IMG/VR virus record: IMGVR_UViG_3300020368_000002
Location: 1 to 36,098 of that record
DNA from: a virus
Lineage: Duplodnaviria > Caudoviricetes
Reading direction: 5' to 3' (one strand)
DNA length: 36,098 bases
Shown here piece by piece: positions 10,901 to 19,759 of the stretch. Position 1 is the stretch's first letter; each line of letters begins with the position of its first letter. The position numbers and the translations under genes were made by a program. Under the pieces are notes generated by a model that saw only the letters and a list, made by a program, of their open reading frames with translations, was not told the origin of the DNA and searched no databases.

Positions 10901-12658
10901 TTTGGGATTTGTGTCCGCAAACGAGTAGGGTCGAGGCGCGAATGAAATGTCCACCTGCGGGAGATCTCGATTCCTGGGGTCAAACTTTCCGACCCCGCCT
11001 TCTTTCCACGCGATGAAAGGTGTGGCTCCAGAGGCTGGCTCCAACTTGTCCCACTCCGACAGCGGAAAGTCTTGCAGGGACTGGCTAACACGCTCACGAA
11101 GTGCTTGCACGTTGGCTTTGGACAATCCGTTTTCTTCAGCAAACGCTTTGATCTGTGCCGTCATCTCGGCAGACAGTCTGCCTGGCCCTTGGCTTCGCTC
11201 GCTTCGTGCAACCGTCTCAGCCATGGTGCGTGGGTCTTGAGATTGGTACAGCACCTGATTTGCTTCGCGACCAAGTTCCTCAGTCACAGTGCCTTGAATG
11301 TAGGTTCGGTTTGGGTCAAGCATCTGTGATGCTGCACGGAGGGTTTCAAGAGGCGCTTCCGCTGGGCTACCCAAAACCGTCGTGTAAGCCGCTTGGGCGA
11401 ATGCATCTCTTGCCAAATCATCTATCTCAGGAGATGGGAACTCCCCTTCTATTATGGATTGGACTTTGGCGACAGAGATTTCTGGATTTCTACGAAGAAG
11501 TTCTGCTGCCCTCGCATTTCTTGCGAGGTAGTTTGCGATCAAACTGTTGAAAGCCTTTGCGCCTTCTTGGCTCAACGGCGTGTCTAAGATCGATGCCGGC
11601 AAACCTGTAGGCCCACCTGCTCCAATTTTGTCTCCGCTCACATCCAGAAGTTTTCTGAGCCTAGAGAAGTTTCTAGCATCTTCAACGGCTTCGCTTCCGA
11701 TTCTTCTCAACGCTTTCAAGCTACGGAGGACACTTCTCAAAGTGACATCAGCACCAAGACCCAACGCGCCACCTTCAGCCAAACTGCGAAGTCGCGCAGA
11801 GTATTCGCCATCCTTTTCGTAAACTTCTTTTGCATCTAAGTTCGCAAGGGTTTCTTTGCCAACACCTAGTTCGCGAAGGAACGTGGTGGCGTTGCCATTC
11901 CTTGGGTCAAACGCGCTGTAATCAATAACTGCCCCAACCCCGTATGCCCGAGTAAATCCACCACTGCTGCCCCCAGACATGACAAACGGAACCATGAACT
12001 GAGAGAAGCCCTCAGAAAGTGCGAACACCGTGTCGGCGGCTCCCTCTCCTTCAGCGCCATAATCAACAGGAGTCAAGGCGGTTTGGGGGTTTGGCAGGTA
12101 GTCCAAGTCAGCGCCCATAAAGCTGTACAGGCTGTTGGCAATTGAGATACCGCCCTTTGTAGCACCACGACGCACCGAATGAACAGCGCCCATGAAAGGG
12201 TTGTTGTAATCCTCAATCATCCCATCACCGTTGAATGCCTGGACGGCCCAGAACGGTTCGTCGGCACGGTTGCCCCAGTAGTAGGCGTACTTGAAAGCAC
12301 GATCGGCTACAAACCGACCACCTGGTGTGTCTTGAATCAACCCCAAAGTAGACCCAGGAGCATCGACGAATTCTTGTTTGGCTTCTTCTAGTTTGGTTTC
12401 TTCTTCAAACCTTCTGGCTTCATCTGCTGGCATTGCCTCAAGAGTTGGTCCAGTTGGAATGTCTTCGGGGTCAAAGATTCGACCATCGGTTTTGACGTCC
12501 GGGTTGTTGCGTTGAAACTCAGCGAGCGACTGAGCAAGACGAATCTTGTCGTCCTCTTCTTGTTGCGCACTGGCTTCAAGCGCCTTCGCTTTGGCAACCT
12601 CCTCTTGAAGTCGGAGTTCGTCTTCGTTTGGTCCGATGTCAACCAATTCGTCGCTCAT
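4985..12658 (-). CDS. Giant internal virion (ejection) protein, gp16-like, multidomain
   Basis: 2557 aa, third internal virion gene. C-terminal NNLLSGPKT / DEFF / VPFFRTP / TGGGP...GWQPYS motifs typical of gp16-like proteins of marine T7-like phages; internal HEAGH...EEKFA zincin motif. Confidence 0.85.
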   Translation of the reverse strand: MSDELVDIGPNEDELRLQEEVAKAKALEASAQQEEDDKIRLAQSLAEFQRNNPDVKTDGRIFDPEDIPTGPTLEAMPADEARRFEEETKLEEAKQEFVDAPGSTLGLIQDTPGGRFVADRAFKYAYYWGNRADEPFWAVQAFNGDGMIEDYNNPFMGAVHSVRRGATKGGISIANSLYSFMGADLDYLPNPQTALTPVDYGAEGEGAADTVFALSEGFSQFMVPFVMSGGSSGGFTRAYGVGAVIDYSAFDPRNGNATTFLRELGVGKETLANLDAKEVYEKDGEYSARLRSLAEGGALGLGADVTLRSVLRSLKALRRIGSEAVEDARNFSRLRKLLDVSGDKIGAGGPTGLPASILDTPLSQEGAKAFNSLIANYLARNARAAELLRRNPEISVAKVQSIIEGEFPSPEIDDLARDAFAQAAYTTVLGSPAEAPLETLRAASQMLDPNRTYIQGTVTEELGREANQVLYQSQDPRTMAETVARSERSQGPGRLSAEMTAQIKAFAEENGLSKANVQALRERVSQSLQDFPLSEWDKLEPASGATPFIAWKEGGVGKFDPRNRDLPQVDISFAPRPYSFADTNPKKRTGKNVRFGSPEADARVDQIATRGVAEIDALMQRVQAGDMQAQNIYHARGWYAAMRKRLGREWGNSAPLFAELLGALSPRTKVAENFASTIDVMQQYSRGTFDDLLNDYVTHLDNGGSFKDWVEGGNPIIGTRGRMASNADFSAQAGLSRYGINSQKVMDTLAGHWISNRFDRFIFDPDQVDDYVRRGILKLPFDENGRIEAETLREIGLEAFEDLPPEFERMGFRAIVDDLKSALTKAKAGDSLTETQDALLQILESASYRGAQNPIEGAAPKAINFALNLGASRKGSRAGVAAVTRAATIDVWAARFLNRMSGSKPVPPAAEQGVAGNFATANQAADFRLDATSDAGAATSQFGIGQRAMDEIATRLREKYPEEFGDMRPDDLQAMVWFLEKERWSKRGWTNSAGADGSFDLEADKFFSNAETARGLGDQTLANAQSDLTGRVTLGASTVTDNPPRQIGDLEVRAALPVDDAEATTMIEAALSADDTVLGFNVGKNTGLFLKEGEDSIAAEITYGRFRGLAGQQQFDRASGRTVYPLQEEPTLQSILTVAADLQQRFQQDSVIVSRILDNTTTGDGAVPRDMTVDELLTQFPNARPGLEIFFDSPKTREELSALIGRMGGRVEGLQTILDVQPGATRAAESTDRIIGIRTQFIPEYVWGPTEQALDANTYKLRMAEKFEEYYVDIFRDVALVDGVARIDPIAVDTAVIGDSLQYTQKADEVLGNAERDAEEVVREVWDGRPWNERTSGRTEPPESPDAGGPREEPDPPTDGGDQTLYQSDPSQPGGEIVNPGGRAIVDQDAGVAILGFYRAADGTTAIHEAGHAIRVTAFGRRSKAGIGPVQEESVLRVEEQYGVKGGNWTRAQEEKFAEDFVAWIADGGPRGQLHRDLPEGVQDAFEFAGAHTREVLKDSRDAGVKMNATAGKMLDDLLANNVLPQKYAPGRYVRMGNFDKLIKQIEEAEAAGEDWTQIVKPEDILGTTRDKQLAERFSAETPEDALRMIAYMNAFTRELMERDVLVRPRNVDAMRQMAIERLNMALGRDNVDIEQTMSELLSGVDMRVTTGQGALDSRVMASNMLLAMKAQALVSAAKRAKAGDKVAIAEMHRAALEYQVVQSSVAAAGTNWGRAGVAMQNVKLPSPDELQSVQTADAFLVSLGMDEGALVGDSNALAEALTQVELPDDLGFVGKVVREMGKNGGKVNNRAMSMIREYYVNNLLSGPKTFFTLSVFSPMLNQTVDSLSKTMGAMGMMATGNITGGTQVIREQLNAIGYARQSLAASFEYMVRTLKTGEATLMPGVHLDDATRGPAIRSDSSNPLIRGAVNGVGAIVRTPSRAIMTFDEFFRQMNARVALSQKFMPEVQERVIKAAIDRGDLPPEPTSLQRQSYIAQNRSDISRLVENEVDNVIRDGRLRDGYTIIDEAVNRPEIAAIDNEVDRIKAIQDYYNTEHTDTHSRNVGYGKDYATRAVFQGELGPLGKQIQSFLDNSMGGALRFVVPFFRTPWKIQEKFFSLAPTNVLAEVVNRTRRLVGGEGFTLSRDNALFNVHRDTMADLASGDPRRIAEARGRQIFGTGFALFAYDIAQDEEVGLTGGGPMDFNERAQLRETGWQPYSFRIKTGDDEKGEPVYKYLSYTGWDPLAQYLAMAADTFEYLEDQADNLSDNEGAAFISSMIHTFGAQMHEKPYIQGISNLAKVMQDSDPRMLENFLRGQTQGFIPLASAQAQIAMARDPIVRDYRTYLDFLRGKTAMFGNLNEGIPPKYNALGEPVRAMTETSMDASILGMPANFNNRINVSKLSLMTDDPILKELDRAGVVLRPPKPVYLGTLDLREIPATVGEFTAYDQWMRNMTKTYPSPKGPVTLRSTLQLFIDEMDEKAPGFLRFDPDPVTGKMPADSIKSIVSGFRQLAWATTLQENPKLKAAWLELKQQQIDALDQNIQTNTPEGSPLRKRSSNARQQVNRRLEALIGGLDQ

Positions 12659-14517
12659 GGATTATTCCTATTTTCTTGTGCTTCGCTAGAGAAGTAGTAG
12701 CCAGCATCTCCGGCCTGTGGAATGTACAGCTCTCCAAGCCTTTTCAACTCTTCTCGCAATTGTTTATTGAATTCAACAGGATCAGAATCCAGCAAACTGC
12801 CGTTCTCTCTGAGCCAAGTTGCGTAGTCATTTCTGAAATCGAACAGCAAACTTCTAAGTTTGAGACGCGCTGCTGCTTCGTCAATATCCCCCCCTAATAA
12901 CACAGACAGTACACCATCCAGATTTTCAACGACGGATTCAGTCCCAGTCCTTGCAACGAAAGTTTGCGCGATGTCTTTCTCTAATTCTTTAAGGTATCTT
13001 GTTTCTTTGAAGGCGTCTAATTTCTTTTCCGCCTCTGCTGCGGCCATAATGCTCTTAAAGTCTGCGAACGTAATCTTGCCTTGTTCGACAGCGGTAAACA
13101 CTTCACCTCTCATAAATTCTCTTTGCTGCGTAGGGTCAAACAATTCCTGCATCTTAAGCAGTAGGCCAGCAGCCGTTGCGTCGGTGTCCGCGTTTGAGTC
13201 GCCGGCATACTGCTCTTTGAGTTTGAGTTCTTGGTAGTCGTTGAAGAAGTCTCTTCCGTCACCTCCAAACTTGTCGATTAGCACCTGGCGGTACTGGGCT
13301 TCGTAGCCATCATTTTCGCTGTCAATGTTTCCAACTTTGCCCATCTGAAGCAGCTCAAGTGACATTAGTTTGGCTTGATACTTGTTTTCTTTTCGTGCGT
13401 CAGCCAACTGCTGTGATTCGGAATCTTCGTTAGGAACCCGTGCGATGGCGTTGCTAACTTCGTTCCATGCTGAACTGAACGGCGACACGGTGACCAGCAT
13501 CTGACCAAGTGCAGACAGTTTGTCCTCACGCATGACTCCAGGGTTGACGGCGTATGTGTTAACCGAAACTTTCAAAGCAGAGACCAGCTCAGGATCTTGC
13601 TCGGCTTCACCAAAGAACCTGGCGGTCTGACTCAGGTTTGGGGGGCCAGCCTCCATGTCGAAGTTCATCAGCTCGCTGGTGACTGATGCCCCCACGCTTT
13701 GGGACAATGCTTCTTTTGCCTGGCCGAACGCCCTGTACCAGTTGGCATCTCTGTTTGACTCTGGAACCTGGTCGAGCAGATCGTTTGCTCTGCTGAACCG
13801 ACTCATGCCAACCGCAACAGATGCAGCGTCCACCAGCACCGCAGAAGTTTCAAGATCTGAAAGCGTTCCAACAAACTCAGACTTCTCAGTCTCCGACCTC
13901 AAGTCACCAAAATTGACTGGATCGTTGTTCGCGGCCAAACCTTCCGAGACACCCCGCAGGATGATCCCCTGCTTTTCTTGGAGTTTGCCTTGATACCAGT
14001 CGTTTGCAGCCTGCAACACTGGGTTGTAGAAGCCTGACTCGTAGGTGTCTCTGGCATCGTCAGACCGGAACGAACTCATGGTTGGCTCTGACAGCCCAGT
14101 CAGCCAGTTCTGAATCCCGACCTCTGGGGTGTCAGCATCTCCGATGGCATTGAACAGAAGATCCTCCATCGTGACAGCAGCCACACCGGCTTGGTCGTTT
14201 GCCGGCGAGATCTCAAGTTGGTCTAGCGTGTCGTTGCGAAGGGCCGCGACCAGAGGCACACGGTCCTCCACGGACGATCGAGCAGCGAACCCAGACTCCT
14301 CAAGAGCCTCGGCTTTGTTGTATCTCTGGATTGTCGACCCAAACTGGCCAAGCGACTCTACGACCCCCATGATCTGTCGCAGCTCCTGGCTTGGACGTTC
14401 AGGTCGGATCTGGGTTGCAAGCGACAGCGAAGGAACCTGAGGCGCTGACATGCTCGGGGCGATAGACCCCGGCAAGACCTGTTCTTGAATCTGCTGTCGT
14501 ACGTTGCGCTTTGCCAT
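12655..14517 (-). CDS. Internal virion protein (gp15-like)
   Basis: 620 aa, helical composition, syntenic position between the gp14-like and gp16-like genes. Confidence 0.7.
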   Translation of the reverse strand: MAKRNVRQQIQEQVLPGSIAPSMSAPQVPSLSLATQIRPERPSQELRQIMGVVESLGQFGSTIQRYNKAEALEESGFAARSSVEDRVPLVAALRNDTLDQLEISPANDQAGVAAVTMEDLLFNAIGDADTPEVGIQNWLTGLSEPTMSSFRSDDARDTYESGFYNPVLQAANDWYQGKLQEKQGIILRGVSEGLAANNDPVNFGDLRSETEKSEFVGTLSDLETSAVLVDAASVAVGMSRFSRANDLLDQVPESNRDANWYRAFGQAKEALSQSVGASVTSELMNFDMEAGPPNLSQTARFFGEAEQDPELVSALKVSVNTYAVNPGVMREDKLSALGQMLVTVSPFSSAWNEVSNAIARVPNEDSESQQLADARKENKYQAKLMSLELLQMGKVGNIDSENDGYEAQYRQVLIDKFGGDGRDFFNDYQELKLKEQYAGDSNADTDATAAGLLLKMQELFDPTQQREFMRGEVFTAVEQGKITFADFKSIMAAAEAEKKLDAFKETRYLKELEKDIAQTFVARTGTESVVENLDGVLSVLLGGDIDEAAARLKLRSLLFDFRNDYATWLRENGSLLDSDPVEFNKQLREELKRLGELYIPQAGDAGYYFSSEAQENRNNP

Positions 14518-14519
14518 GT

Positions 14520-15092
14520 TTATGGATTCCTAGGGATGAATTGGAAACCCTGACCAATGCCTGCCGTCTCAAGGCCAGAACCCAAGTTGTATCCGGCAGA
14601 AGCACCACTGAGCGCCCCTGAAAGACCAGAAAGGAATGGGGATGAAAGCATCGACTCCGCCTGAGCCATGGTGTTCTGCATGGCGGCTTCAGTGTCAAAG
14701 ATTTGGTTCTGAGATTGGGAGGCAATCGTCTTCAGGTCAGACATGGTGTTGGACCCGATGGTTGCCATGAGTTCGTCCCGGCGGTCAAACACATTCATGA
14801 CTTGTGTCGCAGTCGTACCGGAGAACCCAACGCCAGCACCAGCCGCAGCAGCCAGTCTTGCACCGCGTTCTCGGGCAGACCTCTTGACGGTCTCTAGGCG
14901 TTGCTGGTCAGATCGCTTGGACACCTGTTCACGCAGAATCAACTCTCGTTCTCGGATCGCCCCATACCGTTTTTCGGCTTGCTGGGCTGCTCGCCTTGCT
15001 GCATTCTGAGCAGCCCGGTTCATTTGGGATGCCTGAGACGCAGAAGCCGCACCGCCCACGATGGCGCTTGCGATTGCGAGTTCAATACCCAT
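14520..15092 (-). CDS. Internal virion protein (gp14-like)
   Basis: Likely start MGIELAIASAIVGG at 15092 with GGAG RBS; A/Q-rich helical body, AAAAGAGVG motif, Gly-rich hydrophobic C-terminus. Confidence 0.8.
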   Translation of the reverse strand: MGIELAIASAIVGGAASASQASQMNRAAQNAARRAAQQAEKRYGAIRERELILREQVSKRSDQQRLETVKRSARERGARLAAAAGAGVGFSGTTATQVMNVFDRRDELMATIGSNTMSDLKTIASQSQNQIFDTEAAMQNTMAQAESMLSSPFLSGLSGALSGASAGYNLGSGLETAGIGQGFQFIPRNP

Positions 15093-15094
15093 GG

Positions 15095-17689
15095 CTACTC
15101 CGTAATTGTGTTGTGCCATCCGTGAGCTTCATACCCACTGATGATCATCTCGTATGAGTTGTTAGAACGAATTTCGATCTTGGTGTCTTCGGCTTTGGCG
15201 TTGACACGAACCGTGATATCCCCTTCATCAACACTTGTTGACGTTCGTTGAGTCACGCGGTTGGGAACTTGCGTTGTTGCAAGAGTTCGGTGGCTCAAGG
15301 TGATGTCGAACGGACCCGAGTTGTTGTGTCGAACCACAACTTTGTCCAAAGTCAATCTTCCATTGACTATTGGTTTGTTCTGAGGGGTTCTGGCAACTTG
15401 CTCAGAAATCACAATATTAGCGTTGACAGACCTTCCGACGATGTACGAACCCGGTGCAAGTCCCGCTGGCACGTTGTAAGTAATACCGTTGGAAGCTGCA
15501 TCATGCGTGATGTTATATTCTGTGCCATCTTGACCCACCATTTTGTCATAGGTTTCACTAGCACTCACATCAGGAATAGTGATCGTGGAACCACTGGTGT
15601 AGTCAATGACAAACATGTGATCCAACGTGATATTTCTAGCGGCTTCAAATCCAGCCGGCAAAGTTGAAGTTACTTCTTCACTATCCAAGTTGATCTGATC
15701 GATCTTCAATCGAGTAACACCCGATGCTGGGCTGGTGTGCTTCCAAAGAACAAGTAACTTGTCTTCCAAACAGAAGATGTCTTGAATAGCGTCACCCTGG
15801 AAGTTGAACTTTGACCACGCGCTTTGAATACGTTCACGTCCTTGGAAGTAGGTGTTGTAAACGTAAATATCAGAAACAATGCTGTCATTTTGCTCTTTGT
15901 AAATCTGAGTGAAACTAGGGGGGTCGTAGTTGCCGTCGAAAGTAACAACGTGACCTGGAGTAATCACCGCGTTTCTGTCTGGACCTGGGGCAATACCTCC
16001 TTGCCAAGTATTAGATTCATACCAAAAGTCGGTTCCGTCCGTATCGTTGGCTCCGTCAAGCACCGATTGGGTAGTGTTACCAACGGGCGGTAGAGTGGTG
16101 TCTCCACTATCTCCCGCAGTGCGAGGCAGAAGGAAAACCATCGATGGCGAAGTGCATGTAGCAATCCGAATCACGTCTTTTGGCAGAAGGTTTGTAACTT
16201 GCAATGACACGTCTTCTGCAACATTTGATACGGCGTTGTCGCTAAAGAAGTATTCAAGAAGTGAGCTACTTTGATCTTTAGCCCCTGCCATGTAAATCCT
16301 GTCACCAAGAAGCTGTGGTCGAGCTGGCCTGATGTCATACTTTGTTGCAGGAGTCACCGTAGCCGTATCTGGAGTAAACACGCCGTTCGATCCAATTTCA
16401 AACTGCCGGCCAGACTTTGTGAAGACCAGAATGCTCCCACGGTATGGGACGCAATAGTCCACGATGTTTACGTCATTGGCGGCAAGCTGTAGATCAATCG
16501 GGTCCGCAGCATTAGGTGCAATCGGTGTTTCCTGAAAGTATGCAAACACATTGTCAGTTCTTGAAAACGAAACAAACTCATCAGATGCAAACGCCAAGCG
16601 TCCCTGAAAGAAAGTTACATCTCGAATTGGAAGACCAAGTTTTAGAAACTCTGGAGCAGGGTCGGACTTGTCATCACCCCGTGTAATAGCAACATTTACT
16701 TCGGGACTCAACGATGAGTCAGGTTCTAAAAGTCTGTCTATCGCAACATCCGCACTGAAGTTAATCTTCACGGGTTCGCTTAGTAACGGCCCGCCAGTGC
16801 ATATGACTTTGCCAAGTGTCATGAATTGATTTGAAGGCGATATACCTCCGTCACCATCACGGGTCATTCCAAGTTTGCCACTTGGCTCTACAACGAACTC
16901 TTCAGTCGGCTCATTTTGATCGTTGACCTTTGTTCGTCTTTCGTCTATTCCGTTACCCTCAATGGCTTCTTGCACTTCTTTCGCACCCGCAGTGTGGGCC
17001 ATGCGAGATGCCACTGACGATTTATACTCAGTAGTTTTGTTAGAACCTGCTGCCACTCTTGCTATTCGCAGACCGAAGGTATCCTCGACTTCAGGGATTT
17101 CAGAGGTTGAATTCGCCATGGTGGCAGTCATAACTTGTTGCCTAAATGATTTGTTTTCAAAAGTTGCAGGCTGACAGTCAAAGACCAATGGCGTAAGGGT
17201 AAGTCTCTTTAACAAGACTGGCATTTTTGAATTGTCAATGACGCTATTGGTGCTAGTCAAAGATGTGTTGACCAGAGTGTTGACGATGAATGTTGTGTCC
17301 GCAATCGTTACCAGTCGGTAGTCGTCGTACTGGGGATTGTTCTGTGCCAAGTACGCTGCCGCCTGGCCATTAAGGTTTGTTGTTGCGAATTCATCATTCA
17401 CCAAATCAAACACTTCCAAGAAGACACTATCGGCTTGCCGACCAATAATCACCGCATACTCTTCATCATCGTCACGTTCAATCTTGTGCATCTTGAACTT
17501 GAAATCGTTTGATATTGGGCTGCTAGCGCCCTTGGTAAATGATCCGTGACGTTTTCGAGCGCCCAAGGCAGTGTCAAAGATTATGTTCGTGGCGTCTTCC
17601 ACCTGAGCTGGAAACCGTAACGCGGCATCCTGTTGGCTGATGCCTTGGTTCAGGTTCTGGACTACGTTGGTGAACTTGTTAGTGGTCAT
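15095..17689 (-). CDS. Tail tubular protein B / nozzle (T7 gp12-like)
   Basis: NLNQGISQQ...R, TIADTTFIVN, FFQGRLAF, DPIDL, RIQSAWSKF, GRLTL motifs. Confidence 0.92.
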   Translation of the reverse strand: MTTNKFTNVVQNLNQGISQQDAALRFPAQVEDATNIIFDTALGARKRHGSFTKGASSPISNDFKFKMHKIERDDDEEYAVIIGRQADSVFLEVFDLVNDEFATTNLNGQAAAYLAQNNPQYDDYRLVTIADTTFIVNTLVNTSLTSTNSVIDNSKMPVLLKRLTLTPLVFDCQPATFENKSFRQQVMTATMANSTSEIPEVEDTFGLRIARVAAGSNKTTEYKSSVASRMAHTAGAKEVQEAIEGNGIDERRTKVNDQNEPTEEFVVEPSGKLGMTRDGDGGISPSNQFMTLGKVICTGGPLLSEPVKINFSADVAIDRLLEPDSSLSPEVNVAITRGDDKSDPAPEFLKLGLPIRDVTFFQGRLAFASDEFVSFSRTDNVFAYFQETPIAPNAADPIDLQLAANDVNIVDYCVPYRGSILVFTKSGRQFEIGSNGVFTPDTATVTPATKYDIRPARPQLLGDRIYMAGAKDQSSSLLEYFFSDNAVSNVAEDVSLQVTNLLPKDVIRIATCTSPSMVFLLPRTAGDSGDTTLPPVGNTTQSVLDGANDTDGTDFWYESNTWQGGIAPGPDRNAVITPGHVVTFDGNYDPPSFTQIYKEQNDSIVSDIYVYNTYFQGRERIQSAWSKFNFQGDAIQDIFCLEDKLLVLWKHTSPASGVTRLKIDQINLDSEEVTSTLPAGFEAARNITLDHMFVIDYTSGSTITIPDVSASETYDKMVGQDGTEYNITHDAASNGITYNVPAGLAPGSYIVGRSVNANIVISEQVARTPQNKPIVNGRLTLDKVVVRHNNSGPFDITLSHRTLATTQVPNRVTQRTSTSVDEGDITVRVNAKAEDTKIEIRSNNSYEMIISGYEAHGWHNTITE

Positions 17690-18333
17690 CGTTCACGTTG
17701 CTGCTGCGGCTGACCCATGCCAGGAACCATGGGCCGCTGGTTGAATGGTTGCGAAGAGATGTCTGCGATGTTGCGTTCGATCTGTGCCTCGGCTTGAGCA
17801 TACTCCTGCATCAGTGCGGTGTCCATGTTCAGGTTGCCCTGCATGCGGCGCTGGAAGGCCACCTTGGCCATCCCGATAATTACGTCCTGCAAGTGAGGCG
17901 TCAGATCCTCGAACGCCAACAGATCCACCTGGTCCACGAACACAGTGCTGGTGCTTCCAAGGTCGAAGGAGTTGAGTCGTGCGTCGAAGATCTTAGGGGT
18001 GCTGCTATCGCTGGTGTCCACCCGAAGTACCAAGGTTCGGTGTTCACTTGGACCGCTGGACTGGATTCTTAGAACAGTCGTGGCAAGATCCACATTGTTG
18101 TTGTCAGATCCATTCGGGGTGTACGCCTTGCCAAACACTGTGTTCTCTGGGAACCCCTGAGATTGAACCCGCTTGTTGTAGCGGTCAATGAACTCTTCGG
18201 CTCTTGCATAAATCGAAGTTGTGTCTGGTGGGGTCAGACCCGATGGCTTAGTGGCTCCGCTCATGGGGAACTCGCCAATGGTCTCCACCACCTCGTTGAT
18301 TGCCTCGACGAATGTGAATCCTGGGCCTGCCAT
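17686..18333 (-). CDS. Tail tubular protein A / adaptor (T7 gp11-like), copy 2
   Basis: EAINEVVETIGEFPM, RVQSQGFPENT, LLAFEDLTPHLQDVI...AKVAFQ. Confidence 0.85.
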   Translation of the reverse strand: MAGPGFTFVEAINEVVETIGEFPMSGATKPSGLTPPDTTSIYARAEEFIDRYNKRVQSQGFPENTVFGKAYTPNGSDNNNVDLATTVLRIQSSGPSEHRTLVLRVDTSDSSTPKIFDARLNSFDLGSTSTVFVDQVDLLAFEDLTPHLQDVIIGMAKVAFQRRMQGNLNMDTALMQEYAQAEAQIERNIADISSQPFNQRPMVPGMGQPQQQRER

Positions 18334-18959
18334 TAGAAGATACTCCTGTTCATTGTGCGGCGACGACCGCGAATCTGAGCCATGTCTTCCGTGTCAAGAA
18401 CGCGAACGTCAGCGTTCCGCATTTCTTCGCGGAAGAAGTTGGATTGTGCAAGTTGCTCCTCGGCCACCAAGACCTGAGTCATGCGGTCCTCTTTGTTGTA
18501 CGACCGATCAAACCTACGAGCAGTCTTACTGACGACCCAGTTCCTAAATGACTCTGGTACGACTGGATCACTGCCTGAATTAGTGACTAGATCGACCTTG
18601 AAGGTGTACTGAACCTTGATGCTGCTGATCTGATCTGTGTTGTCATTAAGGTTGTACAAGATCGAGTCTCGACGAACCACGTCAATGTGAGCGTCTTCTG
18701 CATCAGAATCGATTTGGAAGATTTCACGGGAGCCTTCGATTGTGTCAATGATGATTCTGCCATCGCTGTTGGCAGTGAGCTGCACGTTGCGTTTGCTGTT
18801 GAAGTGCCAACCCCTGGCTTGCAGCTCTCGGTCGGATGCGTCGATCATTCGCTCGACCAAGCCGGCCAAACTGTTGGTGTTTGTGGCTAAGTTAGATACC
18901 GGGAGTTTCCCGATTCGCTCAAGTACATCGTTGACCAGGTCAAGTTTTGTTGAAGCCAT
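18333..18959 (-). CDS. Tail tubular protein A / adaptor (T7 gp11-like), copy 1
   Basis: TKLDLVNDVLERIGKLPVSNL, ELQARGWHFN, VPESFRNWVVSKTARRF. Confidence 0.85.
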   Translation of the reverse strand: MASTKLDLVNDVLERIGKLPVSNLATNTNSLAGLVERMIDASDRELQARGWHFNSKRNVQLTANSDGRIIIDTIEGSREIFQIDSDAEDAHIDVVRRDSILYNLNDNTDQISSIKVQYTFKVDLVTNSGSDPVVPESFRNWVVSKTARRFDRSYNKEDRMTQVLVAEEQLAQSNFFREEMRNADVRVLDTEDMAQIRGRRRTMNRSIF

Positions 18960-19759
18960 TATTTCATCACCGAGAATGCAACCACGATCGTGCCGGTGGC
19001 ATTTGCGTGGTTTGATATTTGGAAGGTAAATCCAGTTGTGGATTTGACGATTGATTCAACAGTTGCTCGAGGCAGGCCACTGGCAACAATCGAGTCCCGA
19101 GGAGAAATGAGAAGGGAGTAGTTTGTGTTTGCGGTAGCGGTAGCAAAGGTGACCGTGTATGTGCCGGCGTTGTGTGACACGTTGCTGATGCCGCCGGAGC
19201 CGTTGGCCAAGGTGGGAGTGCCGGCCAAAGTGCCACTGCTCACCGACTCCTCTACTTCTCCAAACGCATGGAATCCAAACCCAGGCGACAAGCCTTGTTG
19301 CTGGCTAATTGTTCCAGTAACTGTCAGGTCGCCATTAATGGTATGACTGTCTGAGTTTGAATTGCCGAAAGTGCAATTTCCATCTACAGCAAAATTTCCA
19401 CCAACCGCAGCGGATCCGAAAGTGATGTTAGTGTTGCTTCCAAAAACAATACTGGTAACACTTGAATCAACTGTAATTCCAGTTGGGCTGAGTGATATGG
19501 CATTAAGACCATTTGCCTTTTGAATTTCAAAGCCAGTGCTGGTGGGGTAGGTTGATCCATCTAGTGGACCAAGAGTTAACTTAGACCCAGTCAGAGTGAG
19601 TTTCCTGCCCAGCGCAGCACCACTGTTTCTTGTTTCAATAGTAAAGGCTTCATCTACACCTGGCTTGATATCGACGCTGCCAGCAAACTCAACCGCTTGG
19701 CTAAAGGTAACTTTGCCGGCAGTGTTTGATCTAATAGTGTTGACTCTTAATTCTGACAT
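18959..19759 (-). CDS. Short tail fibre-like protein 3
   Basis: MSELRVNTI start, G/S/T-rich beta shaft, C-terminal SHNAGTYTVTFATATANTNYSLL domain. Confidence 0.65.
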   Translation of the reverse strand: MSELRVNTIRSNTAGKVTFSQAVEFAGSVDIKPGVDEAFTIETRNSGAALGRKLTLTGSKLTLGPLDGSTYPTSTGFEIQKANGLNAISLSPTGITVDSSVTSIVFGSNTNITFGSAAVGGNFAVDGNCTFGNSNSDSHTINGDLTVTGTISQQQGLSPGFGFHAFGEVEESVSSGTLAGTPTLANGSGGISNVSHNAGTYTVTFATATANTNYSLLISPRDSIVASGLPRATVESIVKSTTGFTFQISNHANATGTIVVAFSVMK

